From: Candidatus Lloydbacteria bacterium RIFCSPHIGHO2_02_FULL_50_18
GTDB taxonomy: Bacteria > Patescibacteriota > Minisyncoccia > Phycocordibacterales > UBA6899
Reading direction: 5' to 3'
Assembly: GCA_001821395.1 (NCBI GenBank)
Contig: MHLM01000001.1
Span: 144,021 to 208,020 of the forward strand
DNA: 64,000 nt
A program made the position numbers and the translations under genes. Numbering within the stretch: the stretch's first letter is position 1; each line of letters begins with the position of its first letter. Positions 38,277-49,028 of this stretch are shown piece by piece. The notes under the pieces are model-generated. The model was not told where the DNA came from. It saw nothing but the letters and a program-made list of their open reading frames with translations, and did not search any database.

Positions 38277-40754
38277 TTACAGGGTTATTAGGGAAGCGAT
38301 GGAATCGCCTTCCCGCAGCTTCATGATCCGTACCCCCTGTGTCTGACGACCAAGGATCGGCACTTCTTTCAGTGTCACACGAATGACCTGGCTATTCTTT
38401 GAGATCGCAACAATCTCCCCATCGCGATCGGCGACCACAAGTCCCGTCATAATTTTTCCCGTCTTTGGTGTCACTTTTGCAGTTTTGATCCCTGACCCGC
38501 CGCGTTTCTGCACTTTATACTCTGAGAGTTTACTCATTTTACCGTAACCCTTTTCTGAGAGCACGACAAGAAGCGGATCGGCATCGGTTTTCTTGATGAC
38601 ATCGGCGGTCACGATCTTATCTTTGCCCTTCAGGTTCATACCGCGCACCCCTCCGGCGCTCCTTCCCATTTCGCGCACGTCAGAGTGCTTAAAACGGATA
38701 GACTGACCCTCTTGCGAAACAAGGGAGATATCATCGCCCGTTTCAACAAAACGTGCGGTGAGGAGCTGGTCGTTCGGCTGAAGCTTGATCGCAATGAGTC
38801 CGCTGCGGCGCACATCGCGGAAACCGTCTGCGGCGACCTTTTTGACCACTCCGCACTCGGTCACCATAACTAAGGAGAGTTTTTCTGCTGTCTTCATCTC
38901 CTTCGGCATCGCGAGCATCGAGGTCACCGACTCGTCTCCTCCGAGCGACAGATAATTCATGATGGATTTCCCCTTTGTTGCCCGCCGCCCCTCCGGAAGC
39001 TCATAGGCTTTTATCTGGTACGCTTTACCCTTGTCCGTAAAAAACAGGATGTCGGCGTGCGTTGATGTCGTCAAGAACATCTTCACGAAATCTTCTTCTT
39101 TCGTATCGAGATCCATCACGCCCACTCCGCCGCGTTTCTGCGTATGATATTCCACGGGATCGGTACGCTTAATGTATCCGCCATCAGAAAAAACAAGTAC
39201 GGTTTCCTTCTCCGGAATGGTGTCCTCGATGGAGATCGTCTGCACTCCGCCTTTCATGATCTTTGTACGACGCTCATCTCCATACTTCTCTTTCATTTCT
39301 ATCATCTCCGCCTTGATGACGCCCATCATCTTCTTCATACTTGCGAGGATCGACTCAAGCTCTTTGATGATCTCACTAAGTGCCTTCAGTTCATCATCGA
39401 TCTTCTTGCGCTCAAGGCCTGCAAGTTTTGCAAGTTTCATTTCAAGAATTGCGGCAGCTTGCTTATCAGAGAACTTGAATTCCTTCATCAGATTTGCATG
39501 AGCGGTCGGAGTATCTTTTGAGGCCTTGATGAGTTTGATAATCGCATCAATATGGTCGAGTGCCTTTTTAAGCCCAAGTAAAATGTGCTCGCGGTCTTTT
39601 GCTTTTGCAAGATCAAACTCTGTGCGTCGCTTCACTACCGCTTTGCGATGTTTGATGAAGACCTCGAGAATACTCTTGATCGAAAGTGTCTGGGGGACTC
39701 CGTCAACAAGCCCGACCATATTGTAGTGGAACGTTGTTTCGATCTCGGTATGTTTGTAGAGATAGTTCAAGACTTTCTGCGGAGGTACGCCCTGCTTCAA
39801 ATATACGGCAATACGAATATCGCCCTTTGCGGACTCATCACGAAGATCTTTGATGCCTTCAAGTTTTTTCTCACGCACAAGGTCGGCGATCTTCTCGAGA
39901 AGCATCGCCTTGTTCACGCGGTACGGTAAGCTCGTGATAATGATTTCTGTTTGCCCTGCCTTCTGCTCCACGATCTCCGCCTCACCGCGGCAAACGACTC
40001 CCCCGCGCCCTGTTGCATATGCATGACGGATATCTAACTTATTGTAGGCAACTCCACCGGTCGGAAAATCCGGACCTTTGATGAATTCGAGCAGATCCTC
40101 TCCCGTTGCCTCTGGGTTATCGATGAGATGAGTCAATGCATCAACGACTTCACCGAGATTGTGCGGAGGGATAGAGGTCGCCATACCAACCGCAATACCC
40201 AGCGTACCGTTCAAAAGAAGATTCGGGACAACCGACGGCAATACCGAAGGTTCTTTTTTTGAACCGTCATAGTTCGGACGGAAGTCAACGGTATCCTTAT
40301 CGAGGTCACGAAGTACCTCCCCCGCAATACGCGACATCTTTGCTTCCGTATAACGATATGCAGCAGCGGAGTCTCCATCGATCGAGCCAAAGTTCCCTTG
40401 ACCCAAGACCAGAGGGTAGCGCATCGAGAAAAGCTGGGCCATCTTGACCATCGCATCATAGACAGATGAGTCTCCGTGGGGATGGTACGATCCGAGCACC
40501 GCACCAACCACCGTCGCTGATTTTTTGAATCGCGCAGAGGAGGAAAGCCCCATTTCATGCATCGCATAGAGGATGCGACGATGGACGGGCTTCAGTCCAT
40601 CACGCACATCGGGAAGTGCGCGGTCCACAATAACAGACATCGCGTAATCAATGAATGACTCTCGCATCTCTGTGACGATGTTGACCGGCAATACTCCAAC
40701 CGTACCGATCTCCGGAGTTGGGCTTTCTTCTTTTTTTTCTACTGCTTTGCTCAT
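38277..40754 (-). CDS. gyrA: DNA gyrase subunit A.
   Basis: 825-aa ORF with GyrA N-terminal breakage-reunion domain and C-terminal beta-pinwheel repeats. Confidence 0.9.
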   Translation of the reverse strand: MSKAVEKKEESPTPEIGTVGVLPVNIVTEMRESFIDYAMSVIVDRALPDVRDGLKPVHRRILYAMHEMGLSSSARFKKSATVVGAVLGSYHPHGDSSVYDAMVKMAQLFSMRYPLVLGQGNFGSIDGDSAAAYRYTEAKMSRIAGEVLRDLDKDTVDFRPNYDGSKKEPSVLPSVVPNLLLNGTLGIAVGMATSIPPHNLGEVVDALTHLIDNPEATGEDLLEFIKGPDFPTGGVAYNKLDIRHAYATGRGGVVCRGEAEIVEQKAGQTEIIITSLPYRVNKAMLLEKIADLVREKKLEGIKDLRDESAKGDIRIAVYLKQGVPPQKVLNYLYKHTEIETTFHYNMVGLVDGVPQTLSIKSILEVFIKHRKAVVKRRTEFDLAKAKDREHILLGLKKALDHIDAIIKLIKASKDTPTAHANLMKEFKFSDKQAAAILEMKLAKLAGLERKKIDDELKALSEIIKELESILASMKKMMGVIKAEMIEMKEKYGDERRTKIMKGGVQTISIEDTIPEKETVLVFSDGGYIKRTDPVEYHTQKRGGVGVMDLDTKEEDFVKMFLTTSTHADILFFTDKGKAYQIKAYELPEGRRATKGKSIMNYLSLGGDESVTSMLAMPKEMKTAEKLSLVMVTECGVVKKVAADGFRDVRRSGLIAIKLQPNDQLLTARFVETGDDISLVSQEGQSIRFKHSDVREMGRSAGGVRGMNLKGKDKIVTADVIKKTDADPLLVVLSEKGYGKMSKLSEYKVQKRGGSGIKTAKVTPKTGKIMTGLVVADRDGEIVAISKNSQVIRVTLKEVPILGRQTQGVRIMKLREGDSIASLITL

Positions 40755-40769
40755 AATGATGAAATAATT

Positions 40770-41114
40770 TTATGGGTTGGTATTCAATGATCCTATATCA
40801 ATGGCGCTCGTTGTTGCTACGTCACTTGCTCCAACGCTCGCCACAAGCTGGTTTTGTTCAGCGGCATATTGCAACTGCCCGGTAGTTTCGCTCCATTGCG
40901 AAAGTGCGCTGTTTTTCATGTCAGCAAATATGTTGCCAACTACTTCCGTCGGCGATACTTCCTGCACGCTCTTGTCGGATGCTCTTACCTCAGAGTTCCG
41001 CCCCTCCCACCAGACTGAAACGATCAGCACCGACAGAAGCACCGTCGTTACCACAGCAATCTGCTGGCGAACATGACGGGGTTTTGCTTTTAATGTATCT
41101 AAATAATCAAGCAT
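40770..41114 (-). CDS. Hypothetical membrane-anchored protein.
   Basis: ORF with one TM. Confidence 0.4.
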   Translation of the reverse strand: MLDYLDTLKAKPRHVRQQIAVVTTVLLSVLIVSVWWEGRNSEVRASDKSVQEVSPTEVVGNIFADMKNSALSQWSETTGQLQYAAEQNQLVASVGASDVATTSAIDIGSLNTNP

Positions 41115-41122
41115 AAATATAG

Positions 41123-41791
41123 TTACGCATGGAGAAGCGGTTCAAGGACGATAACGTCCCCTTCCTTTCCTTCAAGGTCTTTCTTTTTCAATATCAATTT
41201 TTCTATTTGTACGACATCTTCCGCTCCTGCTTCTTTCAAAAATGCTTTCAGTTGCTTGTCGTTCTTATCTTCAAAATCAACGGGAATGATAAGCTTGGCG
41301 TCGAGCATGACCGCGATCTTGCCGGCATCAGAAGGGGTCAACACATCACCTCCCGATATCGGAACAACGAGAATATCAACTTCCCCGATACCCTCGATGG
41401 TCTCAGGCGATAGCTCTGTCCCCGCAAGCGCTCCAAGGATGCAGATCCGGATGCCTTCGAGCTCTACTGTATATATAGTATTCAACAGACCGGCCTCTCC
41501 GACGGATTTCGGTGATAAAAAACCGGAGACGGCGACTCCGCCTATCTCATACTCCCCCGGACCGGACACAACGAACGGCACCTTGTCGCCATGCGAAAGG
41601 TTTTCTACTCCGTTCAATTCCGGGTGATTCATCGATACCAAACCGATGCGTGCAGCAAAACGGATCGGCTTCATGCGCGACTGTTTTCCAAAAGGATTCG
41701 CAGCAATAACAGTATCTCCTTGAGCGATCTTTATGAACTGGCCTCCATGGTACGTGATTATCATGCGGTTGAGTATAACAATTTCATTCAA
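41123..41791 (-). CDS. MBL-fold metal-dependent hydrolase (COG2220-like; N-terminus MIITYHGGQFIKI).
   Basis: Family-like N-terminus. Confidence 0.5.
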   Translation of the reverse strand: MNEIVILNRMIITYHGGQFIKIAQGDTVIAANPFGKQSRMKPIRFAARIGLVSMNHPELNGVENLSHGDKVPFVVSGPGEYEIGGVAVSGFLSPKSVGEAGLLNTIYTVELEGIRICILGALAGTELSPETIEGIGEVDILVVPISGGDVLTPSDAGKIAVMLDAKLIIPVDFEDKNDKQLKAFLKEAGAEDVVQIEKLILKKKDLEGKEGDVIVLEPLLHA

Positions 41792-41889
41792 AAAGGGAAA
41801 GACAAAAACAGTTGAAAAATAGCGACATATTGTGTGTAATGCACTAGTCTAATGGGTATTGACATTATACACATATAATGCTATTACTC

Positions 41890-42220
41890 TAGAAGAGGTG
41901 ATTGGAATTCCCACAAGGGTTGCTGGCAAAAGAAGGACGAGCATGATGCTCATCTGTGCCGTGCAAACCATCGACTGCCGCGTATGACGCGCCCCGTCCC
42001 CGACAACATGTAGGGATGCGGCCAAAGACTGCGGCGCGCGGGTTCATATCCGTCACCATTTCGTCGCCGTCGGGCGACAGCACGGACCAAGGGAGTTGCC
42101 TTCCCCTGGTCCACAACAATGAAAGGGGCAGGATGCACCACATTCGCGATCCCACCTGATCTTTCCCACCTCCCCCAAACCGCTCGCGAACCCCATTCAA
42201 TTGGTAACGCATATGAGCTT
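41890..42220. ncRNA. GC-rich, ORF-poor island with many stable hairpins (ggaccaaggg...cccctggtcc, gtcgccgtcgggcgac). Candidate structured RNA such as RNase P RNA or tmRNA; class and strand not resolved.
   Basis: Compositional contrast with the AT-rich flanks and lack of a credible ORF. I could not convincingly align the P4/CR-I motifs by eye. Confidence 0.3.
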
Positions 42221-42955
42221 CAAAAAAAGCTGATCATCAATCAGCACTGCGCCGAGTCGACTGCATGGAAAGAGATGAGCCCCGAAAGGATAGTAAAGAG
42301 AAACGCTTCGTAAAAAGCAGATCTCCTGGCCGAGCTCCACACCAAGTGCAAAGATTCACAGCAGACAGGCCACGCCATAAAAACGCGTGGTCTTCTTTTA
42401 TTTACCAAAACTTGACAGTATTTGAGGAGATGGATAGATTAAGGCCTCGTGGTAAGCACTGAGCAATCAGACACAAACCTTGTTCATTCCCTTTGCTAAG
42501 GAGAGAGTATCGATGAAACGCAGTCAACAGAGTTTTATTTAAACGCCAGCCGGCCGGTGCTCGAAATAGGTTTGTCCCCAAAAGGACTCCCGTATTGAGC
42601 GCGAAAGCCCAAAGCCCCCACCCTAAAAGTGGGGGCCAATTTTTTACATAGGGTACCCCTCTGTACATAGGGTACTCCTATGTAGCAGTGACTTGCATAA
42701 TTGGGACTCATTTGATAGTCTTTTGGCACAACTGAATATTAACAACACTATTGGGATTAACCCGTCATCAAGTAAGGGGGTTCCTCAAAATGGATGAAGT
42801 TCGAGACGTGGAGAAAGGGACGAGGAAGACATATTCATATATGTTGACCGAGTCACAGAGGCTCCACAACGAAGAAATTCGCCATTTTTAGAAACACTCA
42901 CTGAGACGACCCCCAAGAGGAACAGTTATCTGCCCTCACGCAGATTTTTATTTTT

Positions 42956-44080
42956 ATGACTACAATAGAAGAAGATGAAGTGATCATCATTGGCGGCGAG
43001 CAAGTGCTCGACCCTGGCCACGTGATGACGAAGTATATGGCGGAGATCGTGAAGCGCCCGGAGCCGGGTGAGATTGTTGAAGGTCCCGTCATCAAAGTAG
43101 ACAAGAAGGCTGTGTATATCAACATGCCTCCTTACGGCATCGGTATCATCTATGGCCGTGAGTACATGAACGCGCGCGACCTCGTGAAGCACATGAACAT
43201 CGGTGACGTCATCACCGCAAAGGTCGTTGAGAGCGAGAATGAGAATGGTTACGTCGAGCTTTCACTCAAGGAAGCACGTCAGTCGCTTATCTGGGCCGAG
43301 GCGGAAGATTACGTACGCAAGAAAACCGTACTGGACCTTATGGTAAAGGATGCGAACAAGGGCGGACTCATGCTCGACTGGCAGGGTATCTCAGGATTCC
43401 TTCCCGCATCACAACTCTCGGGAGATCATTACCCTCGCGTCACGGATGGTGACAAGGATAAGATCCTCGAGGAATTGAAGCGACTCGTTGGAGAGAAGCT
43501 TTCGGTCGTGATGATCACCGCGGTTCCAAAGGAAGGCAAACTCATCTTCTCGGAGAAGGAGCAGAATCAGAAAGAGAAGGAAGAGATCGTCGCGAAGTAT
43601 CGACTCGGCTCGATTGTCGAAGGAGAGATCACCGGCATCGTCGACTTCGGTGCATTCATGAAGATTGAGGAGGGTCTCGAGGGGCTCATCCATATCTCAG
43701 AGATGGATTGGGGTCTTGTGGACGATCCACGCAAGCTCTTCAAGGTTGGTGAGCATGTGAAAGCGCAGATCATCGAGATCAAGGATAATAAGGTTTCGCT
43801 TTCCGTAAAGGTTCTAAAAGAAAACCCATGGAAAAGTGCTGAGAAGAAATATAAGAAAGGTGATGTCGTGAAAGGTGTTGTTATCAAATTCAACAAGTAC
43901 GGCGCACTTGCCTCCATTGAGGAAGGTGTTGCGGGACTCGTCCATGTTTCGGAATTCGGCACAGAAGAGAAGCTTCGCGCCGCGATCGAACTTGGCAAGG
44001 TCTATCCGTTCACCATTACCCTCTTTGAGCCAAAGGACCAGCGCATGACGCTCTCGTTTACGACAGAGAAGAAGGCATAA
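42956..44080 (+). CDS. rpsA: 30S ribosomal protein S1, short 4-domain form.
   Basis: Repeated S1 domains. Confidence 0.75.
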   Translation: MTTIEEDEVIIIGGEQVLDPGHVMTKYMAEIVKRPEPGEIVEGPVIKVDKKAVYINMPPYGIGIIYGREYMNARDLVKHMNIGDVITAKVVESENENGYVELSLKEARQSLIWAEAEDYVRKKTVLDLMVKDANKGGLMLDWQGISGFLPASQLSGDHYPRVTDGDKDKILEELKRLVGEKLSVVMITAVPKEGKLIFSEKEQNQKEKEEIVAKYRLGSIVEGEITGIVDFGAFMKIEEGLEGLIHISEMDWGLVDDPRKLFKVGEHVKAQIIEIKDNKVSLSVKVLKENPWKSAEKKYKKGDVVKGVVIKFNKYGALASIEEGVAGLVHVSEFGTEEKLRAAIELGKVYPFTITLFEPKDQRMTLSFTTEKKA

Positions 44081-44107
44081 GCTCGCTCTCGGTATTGCTT
44101 GTCGAAA

Positions 44108-44150
44108 GAAAACACCACCCACTTGGCCTGCCTGCGCAGGCAGGGTGGTG
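44108..44150 (+). terminator. Terminator aaaacaccaccc...gcctgcctgcgcaggcaggc...gggtggtgttttcg after rpsA.
   Basis: Long GC stem with flanking A/T runs. Confidence 0.6.
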
Positions 44151-44222
44151 TTTTCGTTCGGGAATTGACAACACTATCGCAGTTGATAGCATGAGTATCA
44201 GCAATGTTGTTTGGAGGGAAAA

Positions 44223-44456
44223 ATGGCTGAGATCAAACGTGAACCCACGGGAATTCGCTGCAAACTTGAAAACTGTGAGGACGGGATCATCATCAAGAAA
44301 ACGGTCATCGAACTCGCTATCCCAAAAAGTGAGATTCGCATGGGAGGAGGACCCTTACCGATGCAGCATGTTGTGACCTGCTACTGCAATTCATGCGGGA
44401 CCGTCTACGAGCCCGAAGTCATTCTCAAGAAGATGGGTTCCATGTCTCACCCATGA
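44223..44456 (+). CDS. Small zinc-ribbon protein (CKLENC ... CNSC). Promoter-like TTGACA-N16-TAGCAT. RBS GGAGG 6 nt before the ATG.
   Basis: ORF with expression signals. Confidence 0.45.
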   Translation: MAEIKREPTGIRCKLENCEDGIIIKKTVIELAIPKSEIRMGGGPLPMQHVVTCYCNSCGTVYEPEVILKKMGSMSHP

Positions 44457-44509
44457 ACTGGCAAAATTTTTTGCAAAAAAACCGTACCAATTGGTACGGT
44501 TTTGCTATT

Positions 44510-45022
44510 TCAAAAGAGTTCTCTGCGCCAAAGATAGGCCGGTATCGCGAGTCGTTCGCGGAACGTGAACGATGAGCGGGAGCGAACCCACCATTCGTCA
44601 GCATCGAAATGATAACCGATCGATGGGTCGGTCATTCCCTTTGCGCCGGGGAATCTGGCATTACGGAGACACCGTATGCAGCGTTCCACATGATCCGGAT
44701 GAGCCGCGGCATAAACCTGAGAAACCAAGTGGCGTCGTGCTGACAGAAAACCTGCTGCTGCGTCGGCGACATCGCGCGAAGAGAGATAGCCTCTTTCTTT
44801 CAGCGGAACGGTGTAATGGACCTGCGCACCGAGCGACCGGAGCTCTATAGCGACTTCCCACTGCGCGATCACATAGCAACCTTCTTGGTCACCGCGTACG
44901 TATGACGCGACCATCCTCGCGATCTCCCGAGAACTGAGCGAGGGCTGGGTCTTTCCGATTCTGCCGAAAGAAAATGCAACAATAGCCTTCAAGGAACACC
45001 TCCGTGTATCACGATGCTGCAT
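44510..45022 (-). CDS. Hypothetical protein. Compositionally atypical (GC-rich), function unknown.
   Basis: ORF only. Confidence 0.35.
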   Translation of the reverse strand: MQHRDTRRCSLKAIVAFSFGRIGKTQPSLSSREIARMVASYVRGDQEGCYVIAQWEVAIELRSLGAQVHYTVPLKERGYLSSRDVADAAAGFLSARRHLVSQVYAAAHPDHVERCIRCLRNARFPGAKGMTDPSIGYHFDADEWWVRSRSSFTFRERLAIPAYLWRRELF

Positions 45023-45126
45023 CCAGACTACTTATTCATAAGCATGTCTGCAAGTGCCGAGCAATGAGCCGATGTAACAACTGCAATTCAGGTATCTCGA
45101 CCGAAGAGCGAATTTTCCGAGCGTTC

Positions 45127-45726
45127 TCAGCTCTTCAGGTCCTGCGATCTTACTTTTTTGATCGTATCTTTAAATTTTTCATGACCATTAGTGATCAAAA
45201 AGACAATACGTTCCGCAATACCGATACTCCGACTTTTTATCGTGGACAATTCTTCAACAGTAAATTTTTCCAATACAAAATCCCCTGCTTTTCTCCGTGG
45301 TGCGTCCAAGGTGATTGCTGGCGCGACTCCGACGCGGAAGCGGTAGAAATCGCGTGTCTTAATAGCGGCAATAATAGACACCACCCCATTCTGTCCTCCT
45401 GCCCCACGGTCGCGTGCCGAACGCCAGTCTCCGGTTGGAAGATCGGCGTCGTCATGAATAACGATAAGCTGTGCGGCCTGATCGGGACTTTTCACGAGCG
45501 TAAGAAGACTTTTGCCGGACTGATTCATATAAGTCTCCGGCTCGAGAAGGACAACCTCGTTCCCCGCGATCTCACCGTATGACGCTAATGCATCATATGT
45601 TTTTTTATATTCCCAAGAAGAAAAGTTATATTTTTTTCGAAATTGCTCGATTACGATGCGTCCGGCATTATGACGCGTCTTTGCATATTCTCCTCCGGGA
45701 TTTCCCAACCCTACGATAATCCATTT
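45127..45726 (-). CDS. pth: Peptidyl-tRNA hydrolase (MKWIIVGLGNPG).
   Basis: Pth N-terminal motif. Confidence 0.85.
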   Translation of the reverse strand, partial: KWIIVGLGNPGGEYAKTRHNAGRIVIEQFRKKYNFSSWEYKKTYDALASYGEIAGNEVVLLEPETYMNQSGKSLLTLVKSPDQAAQLIVIHDDADLPTGDWRSARDRGAGGQNGVVSIIAAIKTRDFYRFRVGVAPAITLDAPRRKAGDFVLEKFTVEELSTIKSRSIGIAERIVFLITNGHEKFKDTIKKVRSQDLKS

Positions 45727-45860
45727 CATTCCTGCATTGTAACGTAAATTCCTTTTTTTCATAGCATTGTATTTTCCGCGACGTAAATGACGAGCGCTTC
45801 GCGGCGTGTCACACTTATTGCTATTGTGTCAAGGGGTTTTTTCCCGTATGATAAGCGGAA

Positions 45861-46511
45861 ATGAGCACCCAAAATAACCCCGTTTCAGATCAGCAAGACA
45901 CGCACAACATCAACACAGAGAGCACAGAGGGGACGAACAGGAATGAGGGGAAAATTTCTACACTCAGGGTCATTTGGGAAACCGTGCGCTACGCGATCAT
46001 CGCCGCACTCATCATCATCCCCATTCGCACCTTCGTCGCACAGCCGTTTGTCGTATCCGGTAACTCTATGTATCCCACCTTTGAGAATGGGCAATATCTT
46101 ATCGTCGATGAAACAGCAAAATACATCGGTGAATATCATCGTGGTGATGTGGTCATTCTTCGCTACCCCAATGATCCGTCAAAATTCTTCATCAAGCGCG
46201 TAATCGGACTCCCCGGAGAAACGGTGACCATTCAAAATGGCAAGGTTTCAATCACCAGCGCAACACAGAAAGAACCGTTGCTGTTGGATGAGCCCTATGT
46301 GAAAAATCCAAAGTTCGACAGCTCTTCACGCACGCTCGATAACGAAGAATTCTTCGTGATGGGCGACAATCGCGCACAAAGCTCCGACTCGCGTGTATGG
46401 GGCCCGGTACCAAGACGGCTCATGGACGGCAATGCGTTACTCCGACTGTATCCCCTCACGCTCGTCGCTCTCCATCCGGGAGGAATTCAAAGCTTTGGGG
46501 TCACCTATTGA
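45861..46511 (+). CDS. lepB: Signal peptidase I (SGNSMYPTF; GDNRAQSSDSR).
   Basis: S26 Ser and Lys boxes. Confidence 0.8.
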   Translation: MSTQNNPVSDQQDTHNINTESTEGTNRNEGKISTLRVIWETVRYAIIAALIIIPIRTFVAQPFVVSGNSMYPTFENGQYLIVDETAKYIGEYHRGDVVILRYPNDPSKFFIKRVIGLPGETVTIQNGKVSITSATQKEPLLLDEPYVKNPKFDSSSRTLDNEEFFVMGDNRAQSSDSRVWGPVPRRLMDGNALLRLYPLTLVALHPGGIQSFGVTY

Positions 46512-46546
46512 TTATTTTTATTATTTATTCATTTAGTCTTCACGCT

Positions 46547-47938
46547 ATGACAAAGAAAGAGTCCGAAAAGAAAGAGATACCGACAGCCCTCAAGGGAATG
46601 AGAGACCTGATCGGTGATGAATCACACAAGTACCAGGGCTTTTTTGAAAAGGCAGCGGAGGTTGCTATCTATTACGGATTTCAGCCGATCGATGTGCCGA
46701 TCATGGAGCGCGAGGAGGTGTTCCTCTCTACGCAAAGCGAAGACACCGATCTCGTGGGGAAAGAAATGTACTCACTCAAGACAAAGAGCGGGGAAAAACT
46801 CGCGTTGCGTCCCGAGGGTACCGCTCCCGTGATGCGCGCGTATCTTGAGCATGGCATGCAGTCACATCCGCAGCCCGTAAAATTCTACTACTACGGCTCA
46901 TTTTTTCGTCACGACAATCCTCAACGCGGTCGCTATCGTGAATTCAAGCAGTTTGGCATTGAGATGATCGGCTCATCGAAATCGATCAGTGACGCAATGG
47001 TGATCTATTTGAACGCTACCATCCTAAAAGAGGTCGGTCTCACAAACATCATGATTGATGTGAACTCGATCGGAGACAAGGAATCACGCGCGCCATATCT
47101 TCGTGAACTCACCGCATACTACCGAAAACATATCAATCACCTGTGTGCGAACTGTAAGCAGCGCATCAAGACGAACCCCCTGCGCCTGCTCGATTGTAAA
47201 AGTCCCGAGTGCCAACCATTCAAAGAGAAAGCTCCGCAATCGATCGCCCATCTTTCACCTGCAGCAAAACAGCACTTCAAGGAGGTCCTCGAGTTCCTTG
47301 ATGCGCTCAAGCTCACCTATCGCATCAATACTAATCTCGTTCGCGGTCTCGACTATTACACACATACGGTCTTTGAGATCACCGAGATCCCCGACGACCG
47401 ACCGGCTGAGATCTTTGCCGAGAACGCAACACAGCTCGAAGCCACAGATAAGGAGAAGGACGACAAGAAAAAGAAGCATGAGCGTGAAGACGCGGAAAAT
47501 GCGCCGATGTCCATCGCCGGAGGAGGTCGTTATGATTACCTTGCGAAACGCCTCGGAAGCAAAAAAGACATTCCCGCAGTCGGAAGCTCCATCGGTGTCG
47601 ATCGTGTGCTATTGTCCCCCAACTACAAAGGCTCGGCACCACGCATCGTAAAGAAGCCGAAGATCTATTTCATCCAGCTTGGTTTCGAGGCAAAACTAAA
47701 GTCACTCGAGATCATTGAAGTACTGCGTAACGCACGTATTCCCGTTGTTCATGCACTCAACAAAGATTCGCTCGGAGCACAGCTTGGTATCGCCGAGAGA
47801 ATGCAGGTTCCCTATGCGCTCATCTTTGGACAGAAGGAAGCGCTTGAAGGCACGGTGATTGTGCGCAACATGCTCACCCGCTCACAGGAGACAATAAAGA
47901 TCGCAAAGCTGGCGGATTATATAAAAGCCATCAAATAG
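46547..47938 (+). CDS. hisS: Histidyl-tRNA synthetase (start MTKKESEKK; motif LRPEGTAPVMRAY).
   Basis: Class II aaRS HisRS motifs. Confidence 0.85.
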   Translation: MTKKESEKKEIPTALKGMRDLIGDESHKYQGFFEKAAEVAIYYGFQPIDVPIMEREEVFLSTQSEDTDLVGKEMYSLKTKSGEKLALRPEGTAPVMRAYLEHGMQSHPQPVKFYYYGSFFRHDNPQRGRYREFKQFGIEMIGSSKSISDAMVIYLNATILKEVGLTNIMIDVNSIGDKESRAPYLRELTAYYRKHINHLCANCKQRIKTNPLRLLDCKSPECQPFKEKAPQSIAHLSPAAKQHFKEVLEFLDALKLTYRINTNLVRGLDYYTHTVFEITEIPDDRPAEIFAENATQLEATDKEKDDKKKKHEREDAENAPMSIAGGGRYDYLAKRLGSKKDIPAVGSSIGVDRVLLSPNYKGSAPRIVKKPKIYFIQLGFEAKLKSLEIIEVLRNARIPVVHALNKDSLGAQLGIAERMQVPYALIFGQKEALEGTVIVRNMLTRSQETIKIAKLADYIKAIK

Positions 47939-48108
47939 AAACCGCTCGGCATTGCTTTTTGAGGGCACGCATAAAAGTCTGCTGACTTTTTGCTCAGACT
48001 CCGCTCCGTCGAGCTCCGTAGCCCCTCAAAAAGTAACACCTCGCTCCCAGGTGCGTATTTCGAGTTGGCATGTGTATAATATGAATAGTTTGAAGACACC
48101 AAAAAAAT

Positions 48109-48477
48109 ATGCTTGCTAAAATAAATTATCTTTTTGCCTCGAGGTGGGAGCATCTTAAAAAGTACGGGCAGACATCCGAGTATGAGGCTGTGCCAGGGTC
48201 TGCACTGCCAAGATTAAAATACAAAACACCAAAAGATAATTTACTCTTTTTAATTGAATTTCTTGGTCTTTTCTTATTCGTGCTGCCAACCTTGGCACTG
48301 TGTGTTTGGCTCATAGAAAAGTGTATAGAAAAATTTATTCATTATGCATATCCAGTAGTTCACATACTCGTCTATGTGCCAGTTGCAACTGCAATTTGTC
48401 TCGTGATCTATTATGCGATTTTCCCTTCATTGGTAGACTTTTTAAAACGCAACAAAAGGGAATCAAAAGGTACCTGA
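48109..48477 (+). CDS. Hypothetical membrane protein.
   Basis: ORF with TM segments. Confidence 0.35.
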   Translation: MLAKINYLFASRWEHLKKYGQTSEYEAVPGSALPRLKYKTPKDNLLFLIEFLGLFLFVLPTLALCVWLIEKCIEKFIHYAYPVVHILVYVPVATAICLVIYYAIFPSLVDFLKRNKRESKGT

Positions 48478-48542
48478 CACCTTTTTCTTGACTCTACATC
48501 CTTACGTGATATGATATTATCATATTTAATTATCATATATTT

Positions 48543-48752
48543 ATGTCTACCCTTTCCGTGCCCCTCACCCCTCAACTTGAGATTGAAATTGATCGGATGG
48601 TCAAAAATGGCGTTGCTTCGAACAAGGCCGCAGTCGTGCGCCGTGCAATCGAGAAACTTGTCGAGGATGAGGCGGTGAACGCGGTGCTTCTTGCGCAAAA
48701 TGAGCCAACGCTGAAGGGTGACCTGCGCAAGCTCATGAAAAAAATTCGCTAA
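48543..48752 (+). CDS. Antitoxin (paralog of 37798-38016).
   Basis: MST(I/L)SVP N-terminus shared with the paralog. Confidence 0.55.
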   Translation: MSTLSVPLTPQLEIEIDRMVKNGVASNKAAVVRRAIEKLVEDEAVNAVLLAQNEPTLKGDLRKLMKKIR

Positions 48753-49028
48753 ATGAGCACTATGGCTATCCTTTTTATCTCATTCAAGCCGACTTTTGTA
48801 CGGCAACTCAACAAGCTTGAGTCCGGCTTACAAAATGAGGTATTTGAAAAAATATCCTTGCTCAAGGATGTTAATAACCATAAACTTATTGCAGTCCACA
48901 AATTACACGGGCGACTGTCTGATTGCCACAGCTTTTCAGTGAACTTTAAATACAGAATTGTCTTTCAATATCTCTCAAAAAGTGAAATCGTTCTTCTCGC
49001 GATCGGTGATCATGGCGTGTACAGATAA
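48753..49028 (+). CDS. RelE/ParE-family toxin (paralog of 37542-37796; shared KLHG...FSVNFKYR and GDHGVYR / GTHDIYR).
   Basis: Paralogy read from the sequences. Confidence 0.6.
   Translation: MSTMAILFISFKPTFVRQLNKLESGLQNEVFEKISLLKDVNNHKLIAVHKLHGRLSDCHSFSVNFKYRIVFQYLSKSEIVLLAIGDHGVYR

Noticed and set aside
41890-42220. Confident call of RNase P RNA
   Set aside because: Only loose resemblance to CR-I and CR-V. The P4 pairing could not be built by eye, so it is left as an unclassified ncRNA candidate.
44510-45022. Assigning the GC-rich 170-aa ORF to a specific family (for example DUF218/YdcF)
   Set aside because: No motif-level support. It is kept as hypothetical with a note on atypical composition.
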